Below, in pieces: positions 25,068-38,861 of a stretch of DNA of 64,000 nt (position 1 is the stretch's first letter; each line of letters opens with the position of its first letter). Under the pieces are notes generated by a model that did no database searches, was not told the origin of the DNA, and saw only the letters and a list, made by a program, of their open reading frames with translations. Origin of the DNA: Moniliella sp. 'wahieum'. Lineage: Eukaryota. The stretch lies in contig RSEE01000032.1 of assembly GCA_003971905.1 (NCBI GenBank), positions 186,001-250,000 of the forward strand. Direction: 5' to 3'. The position numbers and the translations under genes were made by a program.

Positions 25068-26320
25068 CTAGCTTGTGTTTGCCTCACAAAACTCACTTTC
25101 TTGCTTGATCGGCGTCCCTTCGGCCGGCCGGGCCTTAGCTTGGGCGGCCTTCCGCCTGGCCGCCTCTAATGACACGACATAGGTGGCGGGGAACCACCCA
25201 ATCCGGCCATCCCGGGTTCGTCCTTTCCACCATGAACTTTCTTGTCCTGTGGTGGGAAGAGTGTGGACAAGATGGCGACAATGTCGTTGGGCTGCAAGCT
25301 TAGTTCAAGCGGGTCGGAGGCGGAAAAGGCATGGAGGGCACGGACGAAGGTGAGCTTGCTCAGGTCGGGCAAAGACGCCTTCGCTGCATTTGCCTCTGCC
25401 TTTTCGCTTGCGCCGACGCCCGGACCCAACGGATGCGAGCCATGAGTCTCGTGTTCTTGGGGCCTAGACAGTAGACCAAGGTCCAAAGCGGCCTGCAAGC
25501 GTTTCTGTTCTGCCTGTTGGCTAGCGGCAGTGGTGTGCCCCCAGCGTCTCAGGAACCAAGGTGCCCCGATTGCGCACGCCAGCAAGACGAGAAGGGGCTT
25601 TTTGGTGGGACGGGGGGTGGGATCGGCTTGGCTGGCAAGGGCACGGGAAGGCGAATGGGAAGAACCCCCAGCAGCCAATCCCTGGAAGGAGCCCACGTTG
25701 AGCTGTGGAGGCGGCTCGGGCACGCCTAAGCGCGCAAGACGAGCTATCGCCTGTTTGATGCGGCGCAACAAGGTCATTATGCCAAGCATGTTGTCGAGGT
25801 ACGTCCGCAAGTGACCCAGCTGCTCGACAACGTGGACTAGGGCAAGTAAGCTGTTGTGGGCTGTCATCAGCGTGTGGTCCACCATGTGCGAAAGACCACC
25901 CACGGCAGCAACAACACTGCTAATCCTTGCCAGCGTAACTTGCGTCCCCGACTCCATTCGCCGAGTCAGCTGCCCTTGCATGCCGGGCTGGTCCATCACG
26001 CTCCCCATCCCACCGTACGTACCGCCATAGCCGCCCATACCGTACCGCTGCGCATACTCGCCCATCCCTGGGTACGAAGACAGGCCGCCCAAGCTTCCTC
26101 CATAGGACGTGAGACCACCATTATACCCACTTGCTGCAACCCTGCCACCATACTGCTCATGCCCGCCACCAGCCAGTCCTGAAGAGGAGGGTGTGGCGAC
26201 GAGAGAAGCGAGCGCGGCCGACAAGGATGCAGGGCGCTCAACAGACCTGGGTGGCGAAGTGGCACGTCCCTCCGCGGCGGTTGCGGACGGGGGAGCTGAT
26301 GCTGTCGCTTGCCCTGGCAT
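25068..26320 (-). CDS. PEX13: Peroxin 13 (YG-rich N-terminus, Peroxin-13_N helix, TM, C-terminal SH3)
   Basis: YGG/YGMGGYGGTYGGMG repeats, MESGTQ..ISSVV.AVGG..M...TAHNS..VEQLG, TKKPLLVLLACAIGAPW, and SH3 FVRALHAF..ELSL..DIVAIL. After one frameshift it reads WWKGRTRDGRIGWFPATYV, ending at TAG 25068. Confidence 0.88.
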
Positions 26321-29300
26321 TGGAAGCGAGACTGACGGCAGTGCGACAGCGTATTGTGACGTGGATGGTGGAGAAAGGAGTGGTGGAAAGAGCTGTGCAG
26401 CGCTTTGGGGGCAATCTTCCTACTAGTCCTGATCTTCGTGTTGTGCATGAGGAGACAAGCAGATGTGGGAATAGACGATCGTATACATCCTCTCCAATGT
26501 TGAACCATCACTTCAAAGGCTTATTGATCTCGATGGCTCAATTGTCCAATATCAACAGCCTTTGGCGTTTCTGGCTCTGCACTCTTGCAGTATAGCCCGG
26601 CGTTTCCAGACCGCATCAGCCCCTCGGCACTCTATGAAAAAGAGAAGAGAAAGAGAGGCGCACAGCGGAGCATTTGTGTGCATCGGTGTTTGTGCCCTCC
26701 TCTACTTCAATGTGGTGTACTCCCCGTGCCTTGAAAACACAGAGGTTGTCGTTCCCTAAAATACGCCCATCTCTCGCTTCTATATATAGCATGGCCATCG
26801 TACCAGCGCACTGATGTCGATGGGTTGGCGGAGAACCAGCGTCCATTATATGCATTACGGAACAGCACTGGACACCATAAGTTTGTGCTACAGTGTTTGT
26901 ATGTTTTGTACTTCCTGTTACCACCCAGCTTGCGCGCTATTCACGCTCTGATCGACCTATTAAGCTCAGAGCTCTCAGCCCCATGTTGAGCCGGCTGCGC
27001 TCCGCTTGAAACCGTCAGGTATTAGCTCTCGCTCGCTCGTCTCTGTGTGCGTCCCCCCGGTGTAACTCTAGCAAATGCACAATGCTCACTGCACCGTGCC
27101 CCTCTCCTAAAGTCAGTTGAGGGTACCCAATAAATCCCACAGTGAAAGCATAAGTTTGTCCTTGGTGCGGTAAAGCTTTAGTTGGTCGCATCCGAGTATA
27201 GGCGACAGTAAAAACACACCGAGAGGAAAAGTCAAGTGATCGAGACTTTGGAGCAAAAATGTCTATACTTAGTAGTTGATGCGTTCCCTTGCTGAAGGAG
27301 GAGTGGAATAGAGGATGTGGCTCTGAGAGGTACAGGAGGCTATGAGAAGGGTAGGGCCTTATATAGACGAGGGTACCGCGGAGCTGAGGAAGCTTCCGGG
27401 CGGAAAGAGAGGGGTGATGACTATCACGCACAGGATGGCGTGATTGGGGCATCGCCCCAACATCCCTAACTTGTAGGGACTGCTTCCACCCTGTCCCCCT
27501 TTCTGCATGAGCCTCAATATCTCAATCCCATCCGTGCACGCCTTTAGGGCAAACGACTTGGTGGTCTGCCGTGTTCTTGCGTTTATCCCGCCCTTTTAGA
27601 CCCATGTCCACCCTCAAAGTTCTGAATGGCCTGTTACCAACAGCATCACATCAGCCGCACAGCATATGGAAGATGGAGACCACATTTGGGCATCGGGATC
27701 TTCATCAGGTGCATGTGGTTGAAGTTCAACGTCAACCAACTTACACTGCTGTTTGCCCCATACGCGGTGATGCTATACGAATACTGTGGCAGAGATATAT
27801 GGGGCCGCACCACCGCGTTGCGCATGTGGTGGTTGTTACGTTGATCACATTAATCGCATGGTTCTACCGTTGTGATAATGATTCGGGACGGCGGGGGTGT
27901 ACGGACTGTCATTCACAGATCACACACCCCCTCATGTGTTCCCATACACGCGCCCCGCGTGTATCCTGTACTCTGTTGGTGTGAGAATCGGTCTCACAAT
28001 ATACTTCTGTATCTTAGTAGTGCTCGTATGTCATTTGCAACTAAAAGGCTCAATAGGGAAACTATAACTTCGGAAATGTTGCGCCTCTATACCGGATACC
28101 ACTGGGTTCACTCATCGCCTCTTTCACTACCTCGTGCCAAAAGCCAACAACCAAAAGACCAGTGGTGTCGCCCGCAACAGGACCGGAATCCTCAGCTGGG
28201 TTCCCGCGATTCCCTTCTCCACCAAAGGTAGTAGTGCGAGTGGATACAGAATGTGGATGGTAGATACATGGGAACGACGAGAAAACCACCTCCGAAGCTC
28301 AACATTCTGCACACAGTATGTGTGATTTTCTCCATATAGCTTCCACCGTGCTCCACACCTTGTTGGCAGTCTTGGTGGCATAGTCACTACCCCCCGCAGC
28401 ATGCGTCTCATTATATATGATGTTGAACAGAGGGAAGAAGAGCTCCGGAACGCGCCGCTTATACTTGGCGTTCTTGTGGCATTCTCCGTTTTTTGTCTTC
28501 CATAGCCCCCATGCAGCTTTTCTTCGCCCGGCCCTCCACAGGAGCGTCTCACTCTGCCATCTTCTCTCCTGTTCTCTTCCTCATGTACCACGTCTAGAAT
28601 TACATCAGCGGTACACAACCTTGCTGAGGGCTGAGGGATTGTGGGCGTCTGGAATCATAATCAACAGAGCGTTAGGTGACCATACAGATGATGTCCTTGG
28701 ACGTTTTCAACAAGGATTGACGATATTATTTTTGACCTTTAACTCCATCTACTACGTTTGCACTCGGTTATACTCGCGATAAAATAGCCTACCATCATAA
28801 GCCCAAGTCGGGTAATGAAGATCGACGATGATTAATGTTGCACGTTGATCTCGTCGATCATCGAGATCATTCTCTCCCGTAAACAAAAGTTTGGAAATGG
28901 GAGGGAGCGAGGAAGAACGTTGGCCCGCTTGTACATAGCGGTTAGCTCCATGCGGCCATACGGCAACCCTTTTGGGCACATGTTATTTTTTGCCACACGG
29001 ACCGAGTGATGCCTTCAAAACATTATACTCGCGTTATTGATCATTGATCCACTCCCGAAACGTGCTGACATCCGTCATCCTCAACGTCAACACTCAGTCA
29101 AAGATGATATGCATTTTAACGCTGAAGCTGTGAAGAGAAAGAGAGAAGGTGATTCATCTCTGAGTTATATACAGCACTACACAAGGTTACCGGTTATACA
29201 CAACCTGCAAGCTCATTATGTACCACTAGTAAAGGCTCGTTTTGTGTATAGTGTTGTAGCCACATGGCTGTGTGACATCACGTCTTTGATGTCATATGCA

Positions 29301-31239
29301 CGCACGTGTTCTCGACAACACAAAACGCGCATGCATGAGGACTTGCACTGGCATCCGCCATGCCGCGTTGCCCCTACTGTAAAGCTAAAAGCTTCTTCAT
29401 CAAAACTTGAAAAGCATGTCGATCAATTAGCTTCTTCGGCAGAACAGTATACTACTGGGGATACATATGTGCGGCATTTTCTGTAAGATGCTGTTCCCGG
29501 TGATACCCATGGTACGGTTCCCGGATACCGCAAGCACACAGCACTACCCCAGTCATAAAGCAGTCGAAAGGCCAAGCAGGCCATGCGCGTCTGGGCCTTT
29601 TCAGCTAGCCGTCGATAGGCGGGCAGATCGGCCAGTCGGTCAGATGCCAGAGATCCAGGTCGGGCAGGTCGATCAGATCGATTGGGATCTGAAAAAATGG
29701 CGCCAAGCATACGCGCAGCACGAAGCGCTCGATGCTTGAAGAGCTTGACGCTTGACGCTTCATTGAAGTTGGCCCACCATTACACTCGATGTGGGGGGAG
29801 AGGCGCGTGGCGCAGAAACTCAGGGCCAAGCCGGTCTTACACATGCAAGGGCGCTCGCGGTGTGGAAGAACTGCTCAGTTTTCACCGACCGCTGTGCGCC
29901 ACATCTGCCGAGCTGTGCGCGGGGTCCTCCGTTTCAGCGTCCTGGCGCTGGGTGCGCCGGGTTATTGACTGTCGGGGCAGGGAGCGGGTATTATAATTTA
30001 CTTTTTTTGCTTGCCAGTCGTGGGTGTGCACAAAGTGGGGCCCGGCGGGGAGTTTTGCAAGCGGTTGCAGCTCTACGGCTGTAATGTAAGGATGGCGATA
30101 TGCGCCGCAAGAGGCGGGTGTGGCCAGAGGAAACGGGGTGGCGTAGTGTCCTGAGGCTGAGGCTGACGCGTGGCCACTGGTGTGACAATGTGAGTGACCC
30201 ATGGCGCCCATCTGGCGGGGGCAAGCGTGGAAACGGCTACGCAACAAGGCGACAGATGGATGGCAGGGTGGATGGATGGCTGGTTCCAAGCCATGCATGC
30301 GCATGGCACAGAGAAGGCAGGAGGGAGGAAATGGGGGCAGCGGGTGAGGTGGGCAGTGGCAGGCGCAGATGCAGAAGCAGGCTAAGCGCTAGCCAGGCAC
30401 TGGGCGGCATTCGTCCAACTTTAATTCTAAACGAGAGCGCTGAGTACTGAGTACGTAGGGCTGAGTACGCGTACGTACATGTCGTCATCGACACTAAGCA
30501 CAAGGCAGCGGGTGCATTGCTGACATGGCAGCAGAGCATGTGGTGGGGCGGTGGCATCAATGAATTAGGCGAGGCCCGCCTCAAATTTCAAACAGCATGT
30601 ACCAACCCAACCCCGCGGAGACGCTGGCGCTGCTGCGCACCACCGCCCACGCCCCCCACTCCGCACGTACCCACTTTCCTTGGCGAGCGCAGCCGCTTTT
30701 CCATCCGGGTGGCATGTGTGTCATGTGACACGATGCATGACCGCCCATGGTCGGTGACACGGTGACGTGACATGCGACAGGCGACATGTGACATGCCACG
30801 CACGGCCGCAGTCTACGTACAGCTCCTGCGCCCAGCACGGCGGCTGCGTCACACATCATGCATCATGCATCATGCTGACGGGCAGGCTGTGTTGCTCCTG
30901 GAACTTTCCGTTTCTGCCGGCCAGACGGATGGGTGACACAGGACACAGGATGCATGATGCATGATGCATCAGATCCAGATGCGAATCCTAGGCCCATTTG
31001 CCTAATTTTCCCGATACCCAGTCAGTACTCGAGCCCCAGGCGGCCCCAGGCACAAGTCCACGCCGCAGCCCTCGTCCGAGTCACTCTCCCGCCGCAGCAC
31101 CCACTCCTTCCGCCCCCCATCGCTCCCCCGCATCCCATCCCATCCCCCACCTCCACCGCCCGTACGTTTGCTGCGTCTGCCGCCCCACCACCCCCCCACC
31201 CCTCCGGCCCCCACGCACCTGCCGCCTGCATGGCGCCCC

Positions 31240-33036
31240 ATGTTGCCCACGCCCTCCTTCGCCTCGGTTCTTGCTGTGCTCTGCGGGCCGTGCGTCCGCA
31301 GGCGTCAACCGCATGCGCAACACCACCCCTCCGACGCCCTTGACCACAACGAGCACACCCCGCTTCTGCCCACCATCGCCACCACCTCATCCTCTCCGCT
31401 CCCCAGCGCCTCAGCTTCGACAGGCGCGCCTCCTCTCACCCTTCTGCCCCTAGACCCCGCGTCGCACACAACCCCTTTGCCCCGCCCCGCCCTCCGTCTC
31501 ACCAAGAGGAAGAGCTGGTGCAAGGCATTCTCCACACTCTCAAGACGTACGCACCTCCCCCCCCCCCCCCCCCCCCCCCCTTTCCTGCCGCATGCTTTTC
31601 GGTCTACTGACACCCTTCGCGCCCCTAGCCCCTTGGTCCCATTACCCGGCTCATCTCGCGACCGCCTCGTCCGCTCGGGGCATCTCTCTGTCTTGACCAG
31701 CCTCAGTGGCCAGCGGGAATACACACGCAGTCGCCTTGGCCGCTCTCCTACCGCTTCGTCCCGCTCCGCTGCACTTTCTAGTGCGTCCAGCTCGGCCGAG
31801 GATGTGAGCGGCGGCACCAGCTCCATCCGACCGCTCACGCCCTACCCGGTCAGCCTCGCCTTCTCGGGTGCGGGACCCGCTTCTACTCCTTCTCCTCGCA
31901 CATCGATCAGCCGTCTGAATGGGGTCAACCACCGCGGCTCTTTTGTCTCTCGCCCCCCGCCCGCAATGAGTGAAACGCGCGGCCTGGTCCCCGTTCGGGC
32001 GTTCAAGCTGGCTACGGGATCGGGAGCAGGAGTGGCACAGCATCCCCCGCGCTGGTAGGCTTGGGCGGCTCGGGTTCCAGCACACTGCCTTCGCACCGCA
32101 GCCTTTCGCGCCCGCGCAAGCCAAGCGACAGCCTCAGTCTTTCGTCGGCGCAAGCTACCCGTACCTCGGTGTGTCTTGCAGAGCCGCGCGCGGAAAAGTT
32201 GGTGCAACTCTGGCCGGACGCGACGCCTGCGCACCTGTCCCACCTCTCCAGTCCTGCCGACAGCCCCTCGGCCAGTCGCAGGCCATCGTTTGACCCCATT
32301 CCTGAACCTTCGTCACCCACTACGGAAAGCGTCCCCTCCCGCCCTAGGACAGCCTCGCTGCATTCCTCCCCACCTCCCCGGCGCCCGTCCTACCGCCTGA
32401 AACCAACGAGTGGACCACAGTGCCACCGCGCCGAAGGGGGAAATCGTCGCGCGATCCAGTCGCTGGATAATGGATACACACTCTCATTCAGAGGAGGAAG
32501 AAGTGGAAGGGAAGCGCGTTCTCCTGCCTTGGGTTTTCCAGCCGCGCCTCCTCCCCTCTTCCCCTCCCCCCCCCCAAAATCCCAGCCGGTCGGCTGAACC
32601 CCGTGGATGCACATCCAATCCGATTCGGGGAAGGAAGCGCAGCACTCAGCGCGTGCGGGACGTGCCCGTACCCGTACCCGTACCCGTACCCGTACCCTTG
32701 CCTTGGGATCTACGCGTTGCATGTTCCCACCCTGGTTCAACGTTCATTGCCTCGCTCCTTGTCGAGAGACGCGTGGTGCCCATCCACGTGTTCGTTACCA
32801 AGCGTTGCCTTGGCAATGATTGCACCGCTGTTCCACGTCAACTAGTAACTAGTAACGATTCCATTTCCTCGTCGAGCTGGAAGCTTCCTCTATCGTCTGG
32901 CGTGGGAAATGGGAAAACGCGCTATATGTACGCGGCCGATAGAAAACCCAAACAGGCCAAGTCATCTAGTCATCGTTCCCGCGTTCAACGTTCAGATCAC
33001 AGATTCACAGAGGAGACTGTAGCAAGGAGACCCTGA
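31240..33036 (+). CDS. Ser/Pro/Arg-rich hypothetical protein (ends uncertain)
   Basis: Consecutive + ORFs (31168-32058, 32061-32597, 32410-33036) downstream of a C-rich leader. No domain recognised. Confidence 0.4.
32665..32697. repeat. (CCCGTA)5 hexamer microsatellite
   Basis: Read directly from the sequence. Confidence 0.9.
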
Positions 33037-33677
33037 GGCACCTGATGTCGCGTTATAGGATAGCCAGGGCAAATATCTTGTGGTTCGCACGCATGCAGGT
33101 TATCGCATATCGCATGCTGCGGAGCCGATGGCGTAGGATCGGTATAGGTGTTGGTGGATCTACGCGGCCTCCTTCGTGGTCCCACTCAGGTTGAGTACGC
33201 TGAACGTTGAGTATACCCATTTACGGGCTACGCTCTAAGATCTAAGCACGCTAAGCGCTAGGCGCGAAGCACGCAGCTACGTGGAAGCTTGAATGGAGGA
33301 AATGCGGTCAAGTTGTGGGAAAATGGAGAGGATGGGGCGTGACGCGTGACGCTTAAGAAGATAAATGGGGGGAGGCCGGGGGGAAGTGGTTGGTCATCGA
33401 TCACATCCGAGACTCAGCGCTCAGCCGCAGCAGCAATGGAAGGGTCGATCAGCGCTCAGACTGAGCGGTATGCGTATGTGCATGTCCACCACTGAGTACT
33501 GAGGACCGAGGACTCAGACTGAGTTCAGTACGTGGATGCACATGAACGACGTTGAACGTGTTGAACACCGAAGACTAGATAACGAGCAAGTCTGAGTACT
33601 AATACTCCACACCGCTGCAAGCGGCCCTGGGAGCGTCGGAACGTGCGCCGAAAACGCAGGGTACAAGGAAATTTCTT

Positions 33678-35352
33678 TCAGTCGGGAAAAGTTTGTTTGG
33701 ATTTCGCTTGGGCTGCCGAGGTCCGACGCGCAACCTCCGCTGGGATCCAAACAACAATCGAGAAGGGGAGAACAATGAAGAAGCTGAACCTCAGTACCCT
33801 CAGTAGTCCTCTGGGATCCATGGGATCGTATCTCGAGAGGGTTTTCGTTGCTGCTTTCATTAATCATTCTAGGTCGATCGCCACCAACACCAAGCCTGGC
33901 CTCGGGACAAGACCACGTACGCCCGGGAGACAGCAGCTAGTAGAGCCGTGAGCGTCTTGATCGGTCCAGGCACCCTCTTCCCCCTGCTCCAACTCTGTTT
34001 TCGCCGTTGTTCCCAGTGCCTGAGACGAAGAGGCGACACGCGCTGGGCTGGCACCTTGTTCGGGGCAGGTCGGCCCAAGTCCAAAGAAGGATGTGGAGGC
34101 AATCGGCGGAGCAACATTCACAGGAAGCGACGGGGAGGGGTGGAAAGCTCCGATTCGTCCCGCGGATTCCCCCCTGGCGTGGGAATGTGATGGGCCAAAG
34201 GCAATTCCGACGGCCCGTAGCCCACCACGTACCCTCCGACATAGCACAGCCCGTGGAGCAACGCTCGGAAGCTTGGCATGGACCGAGACAAAGAAATCAC
34301 AAGACGGTGGCAGTGCAGCGTTTCCGACGCGTGGGCCAAGAGCGTGAGCAGGGTCGTGTGGATGGTACTGGGTAAGCTGGAAACAGAAGAGCCCACCGGC
34401 TGGCACGGTGGGCTAGCCACCACCCGCAGGGCGGAGAGACGTAGAGGATACGTGTGGCAGAGGGAGAGGAATGTGCCAAACCACTCACCCCTTCGTCCGA
34501 AGAGCACTCCAAGTCAGCCTCTTCCCCCATAGGTGAGGTCCATGCGCTCGTAGCCAGCGCAACAAGCAGTACCACCCCCTTCCATCCGGGCAGCACTTGG
34601 TCCAAGTTGGCTCGGCCAAACTGGAGTGCCTGCTCCTCTTCGCGAAAAGAAGATACGCTGGGTGCGGTCGGGTGAAGTCCAAATGAAGAGCGACGTTGGA
34701 CCTGGCGCACCACCTTACTCCTTGCCCGACCCAAATCAAAATGAGGGAACAGGGTTTGCATGAACAAGGGACCAAACCTGGGAAGATCATCGATGTCATC
34801 ACACCCCCAGTCAGGCGGCCGCTCTTGGCAAAAAGGGGGACAGACCACAGCTTCCTTCCTACAGGCAATACGCGGCGGGTGCTCCGGCGTATCCGGCTCG
34901 ATCGAAGATACGGAGGGGGACAAGGCCCAATCTCCACCAGTCGGGCTCTCGTCCAGAAGGGACGAACGAGAGCATGGCTGGGCAAACTGCTGAGAAGAGG
35001 GTTGCTTGATACGCGCTTGTTGGACATGTTTCAGAGCCCATTGGGTCATCCCAGCAGCGGAGAGCGAGGAGGAAGAGGCAGTGAAAGAGACCGAGGGTGG
35101 CTTAGTTGTCGGAATGGCTACGACGGGTGAAAGCAGGGGCAGGGCCGGTAGCAAGGATGAGAGGTTGGTTCCGTTCCAGGAGGAGACTGGGGACGTTTCC
35201 CATGCAGGAGATTCTAAGACTGAATAGGAGGGGGAGAGAGGTGAAAAAAGTGGGCCCTCATAGGGAGCAGAGAAAATGTTACCGCCCCGGTGTACTTTTT
35301 TGCCCTCTGAGGTACAGGTATGGACAATGGATATGGGACGACTGTCTGCCAT
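33678..35352 (-). CDS. Hypothetical Ser/Pro-rich protein with possible transmembrane segments
   Basis: 351-aa ORF from an ATG preceded by a pyrimidine-rich leader. Hydrophobic stretches GVVLLVALATSAW and LRFSFFIVLPFSIVVWI occur in same-strand ORFs. Confidence 0.4.
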
Positions 35353-36592
35353 TCTGGTTCGAGGTGGTCCTGGTGCTCTGAAGAGGGCGGGAGGGGAGGA
35401 GGGGGGAAGTAGGAGAACAGATAAGAGTTGGAAAGGTGGTTGTTAAAAGATGGCGAAAAAGAGTCGATGGAGGCGCAGTTGTATGCATGCCGGGGAGAAA
35501 GCACGAAAATCGTTTTGCAACGCAGATATAGCTCTCGAGATGTGAGTACTGTGAGTGCCGGAGGAGCAAGCGTGAGCGTTGCTCGAGTACTGTGGATCGT
35601 GTGCGTTGTTGCCGGTCGACACGGATAGCACGCGCAGCCGTTATCAAATAGCTGGATGTGACTCGGTTCCGCCCCTTGCGAATAACGGGCCAGATGTTGC
35701 GGTGAGAGGGTGGTTGTGGGAAAGAGTGTGGATGTAGGAGAGATATATTTAGCAAACGGACGTCTGCTGGACATGGGGCGTCGGGGGCACAGTGCCACAC
35801 GGTGGTATATACTTCAGGGCGCTTCCGAGAGAGAATAGCGACCTGCATCTTCAGTCTCAGCCGTTCGTTCCGCGTATTACATGTCACACTCGTCCCAGGG
35901 ATGTTCTGGCGGGTTGGCTTTGAGGTCAGTGTGCGTGTGGCGCTGGCGCGCTGTTTAGCCCAGGCTGTGTATATATAGTAGCCTAACAGCCCCCACAGTC
36001 CTGCTAATGTATCGCAACCCATCCCACGGCGCCAGTGTTCGGCTGCGCTTCCCCGCTGCTGCTGCTGCCCAGCTGGGGACGAGCTGGGGCCAACTGCCCC
36101 TGAAATGTTCACCCTCAACCAAATTGGTCGAATAGGCGCAATTTGGCTATCGTGAGCTTTAAGACTCTCGAATGGATAATGACGTTAATGACGTCCCACT
36201 GTGCATCCATATCGGCCCACACCCAACAGGCTGGCAAAGCTCCGTTCTGGTCAAGCTGATGCTGCTGCTCATTAGCCGCACCTTTTGGATACATTCCCCT
36301 TCATCGACATCATCTCTATTACCTCGTCTCCGCAAGTGCCGTCATTCATGTTTGCTGTTGTGGAGGCAGGCCGTTTGCCTCAGGTCCAGCCTGTCCGCAG
36401 GTAAGACCCACAGACAGGACACGAGAATCAAAATACAGACGAAATATGAAACCACGTGACGCACCAGCCTCTGTGCTGATTGTGTGAGATTCTACTAATA
36501 ACAGCCTGGTCTTGCCGACCGAGAGTTGGATGTGCACCACCATCCATCCCCATCTCCATCTCCGTTTTCATCTTCATCTGAAGCGACACAGC

Positions 36593-38686
36593 ATGCTCAA
36601 CCCTGAGATCGACCCTGACACACTTCCTCCGTCTAAGGCGGCTACTACAGTGTCATATGTCTCCCAGTTACCGCGCGGCTGCGCGCCGGCGACGCCAGCA
36701 GGCGCTTGCCCCTCCCGCCACCCGCTCATCAGCGCATCATAGTAGGATCACAATGACCACATCGAAACCTTTGAGCTTGCCGGTACCAGACAAGCAATCC
36801 CCTTTATATGTCCTGGATCATGTACCTGCGCCATCTCATGTTCAGCATCGCCAGTCTCCTATAACTCCCCAACGTCTTGACCTTATGCCCCCAGTGATTC
36901 TGTCAACGTATGAGGCCAACTCTGCCTAGGCTTTCATTGCGAGCCAACAGCGGCCTGCACACCCCAAATGTTCTCCATACACGATCATCTGGGAGGATTA
37001 TGTTCCACAAGAAACAAGGAACCCCTATCAACCGATGTGGATGGCCTGAAGATGGGTTCGGAGAGTTTCATGTCCCTGACCAAACTCCCACTCCAGGACA
37101 CACCCCGCTGCACCACACGGCACAGTTTCCTCGCCTTGGCACAGTTTCCTCGGCTTTGATTCATTTTCCCTAGAGGAGGCGAAGGGGCAGAGCTGGGATC
37201 GTCCTAGCAAGCCATCTTCGGTAGAGGAAGCATGGATAGATCTTGTCCTCACGCCTAGTGAGCGCGTGTGGCAGCCGTCCAGCGTGCCTCTTTTGTCGGA
37301 GCACAAGGAGGCTATCGCTCCCCGCCGCCCCACCGCCAAGCAAAGCGTCTAATCTCTGGTATGGGCCACACCTCGCTCCTCCCTCACTGGCCATTAGAAC
37401 ACTCTAACACTACCACTCTGGGACGATATGCCGCGCTCACTGAGCCCACGATGATCCTTTCAAGTCCTCCCAGAGCCAGCAGGATGTATTTTGTCTTCTC
37501 CAGAAGCTCAAGGTCGATGCAAGAGACAAGGCAAAGAGGGCCGATCCAAACCTCCATTCTTCAACTATGAAGAGAGGGGCGACGTCTCCTATTACCTCTA
37601 TCGATAAGTGTCTGCCCTCCCGTGCAAATAAAGAACGAACAGATCAGAAGAGGAATTCGTTTCGACCATCGACAATTTGGGTTACGATATACCCCCCATG
37701 GACCAGCTTCCACACTCGAATCATTCTTTCTTCGCGGCCTTCCATTCCTTGTCCGACATTGCACCAGGCCCCAACGGTACTCCTACACTGAAGGGCCAGA
37801 CTTCCTTTGTGACGGCTTTTCCCCCTGATGAGGACGGAGAAAAGAAACAAGACCAAACTGACTCTGTGAGCTCCTTGGCAAAGATGATACCTTGGCAATT
37901 CGTCGTACCTGCAGTTCCGCCGAAGCCCCATGCGTTGGTGCAGCAGAGGTATCGGCATTGAAGAAGCAATTTGGCGCACAACCTAAGTTAGATTCGGTCG
38001 AAGAGAGGCACGATGCCTCTTATTATTGTGCTGTGGAGCGCACAGAAAGCCATCAAGATGCTGTCCAAGGGCCTTTACAGTTGGATGCAAAACCGCCAGA
38101 AAGAATCCAAGTCTCTTTCCCGCCTATTCGTTCCTGCCCTTCGACACCACGTTGCATACCAATGCTTTCATTCCCGCCACCTTGGTCTTGCCTGCAGAGA
38201 GAGACCAAGTTCATAGCCAGGACACTTCGTTCCACACAGCACCTACAAACCAAGATTCTTTAATCATACCAGCAAGCGGTTCTGGCTGCCTAGGCGCAGG
38301 TCCTAGCCCAGCCAAGAGCCACCATGCCCCAACATCAATGCCTTCTCGGTTTCAACAGATGGGGATCCGGACCTCTCGGCCCCAACGTTTGCACTCCTTT
38401 GATGCCCCAGCCCCCAAAGCAAGTGCAGGTAGTGTACGGAGGCTCACTGTCTATGAAATAAACGGAACCACGGCGCCCTTTAACGTTGAAGCCAGCCGCA
38501 CGACTCGCTCATCAGGCCCGGGGAGAAGATACTCGTTCCCGTGTGCAGCCTGGGGAAGGTGTCGAACGCGCTCCCATGTCCAAGGTGCAAGTTCAGGCCA
38601 CTGCCTCTCAGGCTCTTCGGCCAGCTGCTCTGTTGGTTAAGGCGAAGAAGGGTCATGAGAACAAGGAGAATATCCCTTATAGGTAG
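36593..38686 (+). CDS. Hypothetical disordered protein ending in ENKENIPYR
   Basis: Overlapping + ORFs can be chained through 1-nt shifts, and the terminal motif is KEN-box-like. No domain recognised. Confidence 0.35.
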
Positions 38687-38861
38687 GGAGCCTTTTGACA
38701 AACTGTGACCATCACCTTCTCATGCATCGTATCGAGATGCATCGTGTATATATATGTGTACTTCTTTTTCTACAACTTGGCGCAATGAAAAGTGTTCTGT
38801 GTTTCGCCATGCGCAGAGACTGTGCAGCTCCAGGGGGGCACATGTGCTGACAGGTACATAA

